Assembly (NCBI GenBank): GCA_964106915.2 | Contig: OZ066916.1 | Origin: Podarcis gaigeae | Lineage: Eukaryota | Length of the DNA stretch: 64,000 bases | Strand: one strand, 5' to 3' | In this document: one piece after another, positions 13,550 to 23,958 of the stretch | Numbering within the stretch: position 1 is the stretch's first letter | How the letters are laid out: every line of letters starts with the position of its first letter | Program-made: the position numbers and the translations under genes | Notes under the pieces: generated by a model | The model's input: the letters and a program-made list of their open reading frames with translations, nothing else | Database searches by the model: none | Told to the model about the DNA's origin: nothing

Positions 13550-14855
13550 TAAGAGCTATTTCCTAGTTCTGCTGGATCTCTCAGCGGCGTTTGATACAAT
13601 CAACCATGACATCCTTCTGCACCTTCTAGAGGAGCTGGGGGCACTGTTATACAGTGGTTCCGCTCCTTCCTCCTGGGCTGTGTCCAGAAAGTGGTGGTAG
13701 GGGATGAGTGTTCAGACCGCTGGGCCCTCACTTGTGGGGTGCCTCAGGGTTCTGTCCTCTCCCCCATGCTTTTTAAGATCTACATGAAGCCGCTGGGATA
13801 GATCATCAGGGGGTTTGGGCTCGGTGTCCATCAATATGCAGATGATACTCAACTCTACCTCTCTTTTAGGATAGATCATCAGGGGGTTTGGGCTCGGTGT
13901 CCATCAATATGCAGATGATACTCAACTCTACCTCTCTTTTAAATCGGAACCAATGAAGGCAGTGAAGGTCCTGTGTGAGTGCCTGGAGGTGGTTGGAGGA
14001 TGGATGGTGGCTAATGGATTGAGGTTGAATCCTGACAAGACAGAAGTACACAGCCTGGGAGTCATTTTGGACTCACAGCTGTCCATGGAGGCACAGGTAA
14101 ATTCTGTGTCCAGGGCAGCTGTTTACCAGCTCCATCTTGTACACAGGCTGAGACCCTACCTACCTGCAGACTGTATTGCCAGAGTGGTGCATGCTGTAGT
14201 TATCTCCCGCTTGGACTACTGCAATGCGCTCTATGAGGGGCTACCTTTGAAGGTCACCCGGAAAATACAACTGTATTACAGTATTTTAATATTTTTTTGG
14301 AAGCCACCCAGAGTGGGCTATAAATAATAAATTATTATTATATTATTATATACAACTAATACAGAATGTGGCAGCTAGACTGGTTACTGGGGGTGGCTGC
14401 CGAGACCATATAACACCCGTCCTCAAAGACCTACATTGGCTCCCAGTACATTTCCAAGCACAATTCAAAGTCTTGGTGCTGACCTTTAAAGCCCTAAATG
14501 GCCTCGGCCCTGTATACCTGAAGTAGCACCTCCACCCCCATCATTCTGCCTGGACACCGAGGTCCAGCGCCGAGGGCTTTCTGGCGGTTCCCTCACTGTG
14601 AGAAGCAAAGCTACAGGGAACCAGTCAGAGGGCCTTCTTGGTAGTGGCGCCTGCCCTGTGGAACGCCCTCCCATCAGATGTCAAAGAGATAAACAACTAC
14701 CTGACATTTAGAAGACATCTGAAGGCAGCCCTGTTTAGGGAAGTTTTTAATGTGTGACATTTTAATGTATTTTTAATCTTTGTTGGAAGCCGCCCAGAAT
14801 GGCTGGGGAAACCCAGCCAGATGGGCAGGATACAAATAATAATAATAGTAATAAT
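13550..14855 (+). mobile_element. L2-clade LINE, degraded 3' portion (RT domain to 3' tail)
   Basis: RT motifs LDLSAAFDTINH, GVPQGSVLSP, QYADDTQLY, LRLNPDKTE, ISRLDYCNAL; (AAT)n tail; internal 73-bp duplication and a nested insertion. Confidence 0.9.
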
Positions 14856-15187
14856 TTCCAGATTCTACTTACCTTTAAAGCTCTATTCATATGCTATCCA
14901 TGTATAGAATATACACGTACATAACAAACTAGGGCCATGCTTCCTGCTCCTGAGGTATGCAGCTACAGCATGTGATGCTGGAAGAAGCATGCAGCATGAT
15001 TCCCCCATGTGTTGAATCCATGTCTGAGTAAGGCTCAATTGTCTCCATTAACTCATTCCTTCTTGTTGATGTTCTTCTTTCAGTTAAGCAGACTTCATCT
15101 CTCAGCTTATTTACCACCAGATAGGAGAATGCCCCTCCTACATTTTATTTCCACCCTCAAGATATTTTCAGAGCCACCACAGAGTTT

Positions 15188-15414
15188 TTCCGGGTCATTT
15201 GGCCAGCGTGACTAAACAGCTACTGGCGCACGGAGGACCGTGACAAGTGCCAGAGCGCATGGAAACGCTGTTTACCTTCCCACCACAGCGGTACCTATTT
15301 ATCTACTTGCACTGGCATGCTTTCGAACTGCTAGTTGGCAGGAGCTGGGACAGAGCAATGGGAGCTCACCCCATTGCAGCGATTTGAACCGCTAACCTGC
15401 CAATCAGCAAGCCC
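15188..15414 (-). mobile_element. Sauria SINE, truncated/diverged copy
   Basis: Shares GGAAACGC...TTTACCTTCCC...CCTATTTATCTACTTGCAC...CTTTCGAACTGCTAG with the copy at 10789. Confidence 0.85.
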
Positions 15415-16498
15415 AACACCCCAATCTTAGATAATACTTTCTACAGAATGAAGTACAAATAACAAAATAACCTTTGTTATAAAGGAATTAATGATTACTT
15501 AAATAAGGATTTCAGGCTGTATCCACTGCTGTCCATGCATGAGCAGAAGAGTTTTCCACTCATGAGGTGGGACTTCACAGTCGTCTCTCTCTCCCCCTCC
15601 CCTTTACACAATCTCAAAATTTGTTCTGCAGTGCTATGAAGTTATCCAGAGCAGATTAGGGTAGTGCATGCAGGAAGGAGAGGAAGGTGAAGTTCCATTT
15701 TGTGAACTGAGAAGGCCATATTATGAGTCCTAGTACTCCTGACATTCTTTGGTGATGGCACAACATAAAGGGCCTCCCAGACAGATTGAGTCTTTGGCAG
15801 AAAAGTAGAGGGAGAAGCACTCTTTCATGATAATGCTAAAAAGTAAAATGCATGGGATACATGCTACTCAACCTTTTCACACAAATGTTTGACATACCTG
15901 CAGTAACAATGAAAATGTTATTTTCAATCTGTTTTGCTTCTGAAAAAATCAGCACATCAACATGTCTAAATATGATAAGAAGGAAAATTAACACTATGGT
16001 GTGGGCTTCCAATAGCTGCTTAAGCCAGTACAAGGAGCTTGGGTATCCCAGTGGATTTTCTTTTTATGGTTGTGTAACAGCGTTTTACTTTCTTGACAGC
16101 CAACTCCCTACTCCACCCCCAATAATCACAGACTGCTTTTAGATCTTATAGGTTTCAGAAGAAGCTCACCAGATGCTATGAGGCTCTCTGAGAAAAACCC
16201 TGCCCTAGGATTCATGAAGCTTGTTACATTTGGATCCTGGCCACCATTTTAAAGTGATATTTAACATACTGAAATAAATTATTTGTCTACAGACAAGTGA
16301 CATTAAACATTTAAGAAAAAGCAAAAGGGTACATGTTATTGAAGACTATTTTGGGAAAGATTCCTGAATACGTTAAAAGTGAACACAAATTATCTACTCT
16401 CTGTTTTTATAATTGTATAGTCTATTGTTGTTACCTGCCTTGGGACCTTATGGAGAAGGACAGGCAAGAAATCTTAAGCATACATACATACATACATA

Positions 16499-17103
16499 CC
16501 GTATTTTTTGCCCCATAGGGCGCACCAGCCCATAAGACGCACCTAGGTTTTTTTTGGGGGGGGGAAATGAAAAAAAAATTTATTTCCCCCCCAAAGGCGC
16601 TAGGCTGGGGCGGGGAAAGCCCAAGCTCCCCCCGACCCCAGCCCCCAGAACAGGCTGCTCTCCGCAAGCCGTGGGAGCCCTCCCGCGGCTTGCGCAGAGC
16701 TACCCGAAGCCCCGGCGCGACTGCTGAGTGCGCCGGGGCTTCGGGATAAGAGGCAGCTCTGCGCAAGCCGGGGGAGCCCTCCCGCGGCTTGCGCAGAGCT
16801 ACCTGAAGCCCCGGCGCGACTGCTGAGCGTGCCGGGGCTTCGGGATAAGAGGCAGCTCTGCACAAGCCGGGGGAGCCTTCCCGCGGCTTGCGCAGAGCTA
16901 TCCGAAGCCCCGGCGCGACTGCTCTGTGCGCTGGGGCTTCGGGGTGCATGGCGCAAGCCATGGGAGCCCGGGGGGGAACTCCCGCGGGCTCCGACGGATT
17001 GCGGATAGCTTCCTGAAGCCTGCATTTGCCCCATAGGATGCACACACATTTCCCCTTCATTTTGGGAGGGGGGAAAGTGTGTCCTATAGGGCGAAAAATA
17101 AAG
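16499..17103. mobile_element. Tc2-like MITE, long form with internal 99-bp hairpin tandem array
   Basis: TA|CCGTATTTTTTGCCCCATAGG...CCTATAGGGCGAAAAATAAAG|TA inside a (TACA)n tract; repeat units start at 16664, 16763, 16862. Confidence 0.85.
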
Positions 17104-18564
17104 TACATACATACATACTAACTACAGTGCCCTGAGCAAACCATCTTCATTTATTCCAATCAGTTTCACTGAAGATCAATTTGAAAAATTCACACATTTA
17201 AATTGGAAGTTGCATAAATTATTTTCGCTAGTGTATACTGTCTGCATTATAAAGTTATACGTCTATGGGTATACAGTTGTCAGAAAAGATCCAGGTAAGA
17301 ACACCTTGCATACTGTGATCTGGTCCCAAGAAACTACACCAAAAGTCAAAAAGCCAAAGGGTGATTTAGACTTCAGTTTCAAAATATGTTCACCATGTGA
17401 CACAGGGGCAGGTATACTGTTCATGCAAAAGTGGCCACTGTCAAAAGCAGTTTGACATGGCATGGGGGATCAGTTATTTAAAACAAAAAAAGCCAAAAAT
17501 TCCACTTTGTGCAGCCCTCTTTGAGCATGCCCAAAGTAGTTCCTTGAATTGCACATTAAGGTTTTTTTCATTGTCTGGCAAAAGTAGTGGTAGCAAACTA
17601 GACTGAAACAAACCAAAACAATCAATTGCTCAGGCCACAACCCTACACACACTTACTAGGAAGTTATATTATTGAAATATAATATAATTCTGATATAAAT
17701 TTAAGATTGGGTTACCACTAATTCAAGTAGTTTGATACAGGCCTGGCAGAAGTCCGTCATCAGCCAGATCAAATTGCCTCAGGACTCTCAGTTTAGCAAG
17801 CCTTTAGAAAATATGAAATTTCAACACTCACCTTCAGAACCTGCATGAGCCTTAGCATTGTAAACAAATGCACAACAGTGATGATGCAGAATTCCTAACA
17901 CTATTTCAAGAATTCCAACAGGCTTTCTAACCCCAAAACCTATAAATCATTGCAAACAGTCTGCTCTGTTCTTCCACCACTGGTCATTCATCCTCTGTTG
18001 CTCATGATTACTATTTCATGCCTCCACCTCAGCAATATTATTATGCTATGCCAGTTGAAAGTGGGCCGCCTAAGTCCTATTGTGAACAGGAGGTAATGGT
18101 AACTGTTGTGTGACTCACATATGTGTTGCTGCCTTTTAAGCCTTCTGGGGAAAAATTTGCTCCCTTCTGTTTATTTTTGTAGCTCATGCCTCAGTGTTCT
18201 CCTGGGCATGCCTGATTATCTGCTTTGAGTGTGGGTGGTCTGGTTTTGGCTCCAACCCAGTTGCTACAACTTCGTATCATAACATAACATCTAGATCTTT
18301 TTCCATTGTTTTAATTCAATTAATGTTTAATTAGCTTTTAATGAATATCCTTTCTATGCTTTAGCATTTTCTATTTTATCTGTGTCATTGTATTTTTTTA
18401 ACTGTAACTCACCTTGCAAAAAAAGGTGGGGAGCAAATAATTATAATAACAACAACAATAACAACACCTGGAAGCCAGTTTCAGAAGGCAAAAGGCTGTA
18501 CTACTGTAAGACTAGAGAATTTTAAAAGTTTAAAAATGACCAGTGCAAGAATAAGCCCATGCAC

Positions 18565-18878
18565 CTAGAGTTGCCACATGGAAAATGCAGTAAGCTTGTT
18601 TTCTCCCACTCTATTGGTTCCCACTAGAACCAATAGATTCAATTTACAAGAAAGAAGATTCCAATGAAACATAAGGAAGAACTTTATGACATTAAGAGCA
18701 GTTCCACATTGGAAGGGCTCCCTCAGGAGGTGGTGGGTTCTTTTTCCTTGGAGGTTTTTAAGCAGAGGTTGGATGGACACCTGTCATGTATGCTTAGGTT
18801 GAGGTTCCTGCATTGAAGGGAGTTAGGGCAGATGAACCTCAGGATCCCTTCCAACTCTACAATTCTATGATTTCATGA
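18565..18878 (+). mobile_element. CR1 LINE 3' fragment (older)
   Basis: Similar to 54993-55539: CAAGAAAGAAGATTCC...AGGAAGAACTT, TTGGAGGTTTTTAAGCAGAGG, CCTTCCAACTCTACAATTCTATGA. Confidence 0.88.
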
Positions 18879-20821
18879 TCTGGTGGCCTGCCACCACATT
18901 GTGCAATCCTCTTCTAGTTTTGTTTGAGAGTAGGTCACACTCCTAAAAACACATCAAACTAACAAGTTATTTGGAGGGACCACAGCATGTGTACTTATGT
19001 TCTGTGAAGCAGGTGATAATGCCAAGGAAAGTGACCTAGAACTGCAGGATAAATTTAGGGTGCAAACCAGACAAGTGCAGTGAGGTCTGTGTTCTTTCAA
19101 CCAGAAATCTCTCTCCAGCCAGCACAGTTTTCTTCACCTGTCATAAGCACAACTAGACAAACCAATAGGAATCTGGTAAGTGAAACTTGTAGGGAGACTG
19201 TAACACACAGCTGAATCTAGGCTTTCAGCTTGCCACTCCCCTACTTGCTTAAGACAGGCAATAACTGCCCCCAGGCAAGCAGCCAAGTGGAAAACCGGAC
19301 TTGCTTTTCTTTCCACCAGCAGAGCAGTTTTCTGCTGCAAAGGCAAATGCTGCACTCATATCTCTCTAATTCTTCTGCTCCCTGGATGCTGAATAGAGAA
19401 AACAAAGGGAGAGCCACAAATACATCCCACAGCATTACACTTAGTTTTCTTATCTGGGGAAATGCAACAGCACAGTGCCTGCACACACACCTCCTCACTG
19501 TTGGCATTAAAGACAACAGAGACAAAGAGAGTATAATGTTGTGTTGCTGCAGTTGGAGAAAAACATTGACTAAGTACCAACCACCAGTGGGAACTCTCTA
19601 CTGTATTGTTCAACTCTTCTATTTCTGTCACCCACATACAGATGGTATCCGCATCCTCTTAAAATGTACATTTTAACTTTAAATATTAATAAAGCAACAC
19701 TGGTTTTTCTTTAAAAAAATCTCAATGAGCTCTTAAAACAATCAAGTATAAACATTTCTACCCCATATTTTGTTTAATATCATTTCAAAAGTACTTCTGG
19801 GAACAATCCAAGGTCTTCACATCAGGGCCAACATTTGAAAATCAGTCATGTTATGGGGATGGGTGATCACTTCTGTTTCAGATAGTAAGTTATAATAGTT
19901 GCTTGTTATTTTCCCTTTTCACTGAGGACACAAAACACACACTTCATATCAATTGAGAACTGCAAAGTACACACTTTCAACATGCCACATTTTGTTATTG
20001 TTAAAATAATCTATTATGATGATGGTGAATTCCCAGTGTTATTTCTCCTATGTAATAAACTCCTCAATTGAATGAAAATTACTTTAGAAGTGCACCTGAC
20101 CCCACAATCTTGGGGCAGCAACTTACTTTATATTTTGTTGTTTGGTTCAGATACAATGCACATTTCATTTATATATTGGTACCAGCTGAGCATGGTGCGT
20201 TCATGATTCACAGTGTTGTGTACTGAATTAACTTGAAAAGAATTGGGCTCCAACTTTATATGAAATTGTATCACAAACAGCAGAAATTTAAAATGCATAT
20301 GCATCCTTTTCTTGACCTTTAACATGCTATTTATTCATTATTTCAACTTTTATGCTGCCTGCTCATATAAATATATAAAAAGCAGTATGCAGTAAAGTAA
20401 CATGTAATTAAGAATTACTCATCTGATGAGAAATCATACACTTTTACATAAAATAGCCAGAATACACAAATCTTTCAATCCAACACAATCAATTGAACCA
20501 ACGTTTCCCACAAAGTGAAACATTCCTCTTGTATTTCCTGTTATCTGCAGTAGTAAGAATTTATCCAGTTTCTCCAAGAGTGAATAATGGATATTTCATT
20601 TGGCATGATTCATTCCTGAAGCAAGTGGTTCAGGTTTTGATCCAAAATAGGATACTGATGTGTTGCGTAATTTTAAAACAAAACAAAATATCTAGAGATC
20701 AAACGAAGTTCCTTTTCTATGAAACGAAAAGAGGAGTCCATTTTCCTAGTCCTAAATCTGCTCACTTTGAAAATGAAAGTAACATGGAAGTTACTTAATA
20801 AAAGTTAAGTAAATTGAACTA

Positions 20822-21000
20822 CAGTGATACCTCGGGTTACAGACGCTTCAGGTTAAGCGTTTTCGGGTTGCGCACCACACTGAAGGCGCAAGTACCGGAA
20901 TGGGTTACTTCCGGGTTTCAGCGCTCACACATGCGCAGAAGCGCTAAATTGTGCTTTGCGCATGCACAGAAGCACTGAATCGCCACCCAAGGTTCCACTG
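20822..21000. mobile_element. Tigger-like MITE variant
   Basis: TA|CAGTGATACCTCGGGTT...CCAAGGTTCCACTG|TA; internal palindromes. Confidence 0.8.
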
Positions 21001-22202
21001 TACTGAATTAAAAAGATACAGAAAAAGCTACAATTTAAAAACAAATAAATTGGATGCTTATTTAAAAGATATTTGCCATCTGAAATTTCAGTTAGATTAT
21101 GCATCTCTTAAATTAAAAAGGAAATGTGAATCAAATGTCAACATTTTAATAATAACATTTTAACTATAGCTAAATTTGCCCGTCATACCACGCCATAGTT
21201 TAGCACAACATGCATGAACTGGAAGAAGCCTGAGCAAGCCTTAGGCTCATGTGCTCCCCTCTCCTCCTACCATGTGGCTGGGAACAGGAGTTCAGAAGCT
21301 TTTGCTTTTAATTAGCCATCAAACTATTACTATAACATCATCTATAGCTGGTTTCAAACAACCCGATTTCAAACTGGTTTCTGAAGCTGGCTTGTTTAAA
21401 CGAATTCTACAATACATAATTGGTATAAACCAACATTCTAGATCCGGCTGACACAGCAAGCTATGGTTAACCAAAAGTGGGTCTGAAATGTTTTGGACTC
21501 TTCCTCCCAACTGTGAGGAAAGGAGGCAACACATGAACCAGAAGATGGGTCGAGTTTGTTGCAGCTGTCATAATAAATTACAGTTTAGCATGACATACAA
21601 ACATGACCCTTGCCTGCATTTTGTTGTAAAATTCTGAACCAAAACATATCTGATCATACTGGGTGGGGAGCACAGGCTTAGGGACCGAATGCTTCCCTCC
21701 GGTCCTCTCCATCCTGTCCCTGGGACTCTCCCCATGTCATGTCTTGCCTCCTTTGTAGGCCACACAGACCCTCCTTGGGCAACACCCATTACTGGCCCTG
21801 ATCCACATCTCCCATGCTGTTGCATGACTGGAATATGTCATTGACCGTGATGATGCCTCTTGCCTGCCTGGATGAAGGCTAATGGAAAGGCGTGTGAAGA
21901 AACGTTTGACTTTTGCATGGCTGGGATTTAGTCCGCTGTACATGATGCTGAAAAACAACAACACTGCTATGACTAATAAGTTCCAACCCTGGCTTCCAAA
22001 CGTTCAAGGCTCTTAGGATTTAGGTAAATGTTCCTGCTTAATATCCTTATTATCAGAGAAAGCTAAAGAGAAATCCTTCCCCATTTTTCCCCTAAGCAGA
22101 TATACGGAAAGGACAAGCACCAGAAGGTTTGGTTTATGCTTTGGGGGCTAAGATAGAGTCTACTGAGTTGTAAGCCAACTCAATAAACAAGTCTAGAATT
22201 TA

Positions 22203-22400
22203 AGAATGTAGGAACATAATAAGCGCCTGCTAGATCAGCCAATGGGCCATCTAGTCTAGCATACTGTTCTTACAGTGTCCAACCAGATGCCCAGGGGAGG
22301 TGTGGAAGCAGAAGCTAAGCTCAACCACTCTCTGCCCACCTTTAATTCTCAGCAACAGGTATTCAGAGGCTTACTGCCTCTGACAGTGGAGGTGGAACAC
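22203..22400 (-). mobile_element. CR1 3'-end-derived fragment; similar copies at ~27290-27400 and ~55865-56050
   Basis: Recurrent CATAA..AAG.GCC..CT.GATCAG.CCAA.GG.CCAT.TAGTC.AGCAT motif seen three times in the window. Confidence 0.55.
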
Positions 22401-23320
22401 GTCTACTAAGAATTAAGTCCTATTAGGATTAGAATTGCAGTCTAAATGGTTATAGGAATTATAGCATGCATGTTTAGGAAACTGTAACTAGCTCATTTTC
22501 TCACTGACTTATTTTTTATATATTCCTTGGGTTACATCTGAATTTGGGAACCATGGTGATCTGCTTTTGCCAAAGGAAGGGGAATGGTTTTGGGGTTTTT
22601 TGGCCACTTCCTTCTTCTCCTTGCAGCCCCCTGTAAATCTACTGTGGGTGGTCAGGGACCCTTGGGAGCAGCACAAGTGGTGGCCCTGCCAATGGGTTGC
22701 AGAGGGTCAATATGGCCAACGCTCACAGCGCTAGTAGTCTCTTGTACCGTTGTTCATTGTGTGTGTGAGGTCATCCATGGCTATCAAAAGGAGAGCTAGT
22801 CCAGTAAAGTTGCCAGGGAAAGAAAATAACACCAGGAGAGAAACTTCTGGAGGATGGCAGACTTCCTATCGCTGCTGTAAATGGATATACTTGACCAAAT
22901 TATTACGGTTCTTTTTTTAAAGGGCGAGAGAAGAATCTTGCTAAATATTAGTGCTGAACTTTAATAGTTCCTTAAAAGTTTGTTTTATTACAAACTTGAT
23001 ACAAGACAGGTGGAGTATCGGGCAACATAATCCTTGCTTCATTCTTTTCACTGTATAGCAGTCAAAATGGTTGGAAAATAGAAAAATCTGTTTAACACAT
23101 AGTTCGTATGTACTCAAGAAGTAGGTTAAAAATACCCTATTGCTGCCTGGTACATAGCTTGCAATGAGGGATGAAATACTAAGAGTTCAAAATGTGGCTT
23201 TAAAAATAATGTATTTTTAAAAACACCCTGATTTATTAGAATAATTGTAGTTATTAGGACCCCACCATAAACATCATGGATTGGGGTTTTAACAATGGCA
23301 TTCTTATTTAAATTGCTTAC

Positions 23321-23958
23321 CTTATCAATCATCTTGCGAGCTTCTACTTCCTCAGCATTGGGATTTTCCAGTTCAATAGTGTAAGTACCTTTATCACTTT
23401 GGTCATCCTCCTCCTTTTCAACAGCCACCGAAACGACCGGGCTTTTAATCTTTTTCTCCATGTCCTCAGTTGTACTTGGTCTGTTCCCAAGACTTCCAGA
23501 ACTTCTCAATAATGCAGTTTGTAAGAAAGGCAGTGCAGCAGAAGGCTCTTCTGACTTTTGCTTCAGAAGTTTTGCATGTACTGCTCTTTGTTGGGCAGAG
23601 CTATTCTGTGAAGGTGGTAAACTGCCTTTGGAGTCGCCTGATGCAGGTCTCACTTTTTCAGTTCTTGTAGGGGGTGCCGGAGAAGATGTTTCAGGGAGCA
23701 GAACTCCCACGTTTTGAGAAAAGGAATAAGATCTCCTCTTCCGGGAATGGCCTTCATCAAAAAACTCGATCATAAAAGCAGTCTGACTAACAGTTGGCTG
23801 GTCTGAATGTTTCTCTGTGTCCTGGGATTTTGTGTGCAATTTTTTCTGCTCAGCATAATGATGCCTTAACTGTTCTTCAAGTGCTGCCCGTCTACTGTAA
23901 TGCCTGTGTGCTCCGGCATTTTCTGAATCGCTCTGTGTCCCATCATCATGTTTATTTC
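23321..23958 (-). CDS. CEP170: CEP170 coding block (638 nt): [14 protein letters not shown]...EARKMIDK; splits into 23792-23958 and 23321-23605 if the exitron is removed
   Basis: CEP170 homology; acceptor ctttgcag|GA, donor AAG|gtaagc; internal donor ACT|GTTAGT and internal acceptor TCACAG|AAT. Confidence 0.95.
23606..23791 (-). other. CEP170: In-frame exitron (186 nt, 62 codons) within CEP170
   Basis: GTTAGT...CCTTCACAG boundaries, stop-free, multiple of 3; removal gives HSDQPT|NSSAQQ, aligning with recalled human HQDQAV|TSSAHH. Confidence 0.8.

Noticed and set aside
16431-17112. 225-aa and 170-aa ORFs with 33-aa repeats; CRISPR-like look of hairpin repeats
   Set aside because: Products of a GC-rich 99-bp tandem array within a MITE; no unique spacers, no cas genes, eukaryotic context
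19138-19152. 15-nt unit gtctag|TTGTGCTTATGACAG|gtgaag
   Set aside because: Contains TGA in the required phase-0 frame and the donor is only moderate; could be a poison or 5' exon but unsupported
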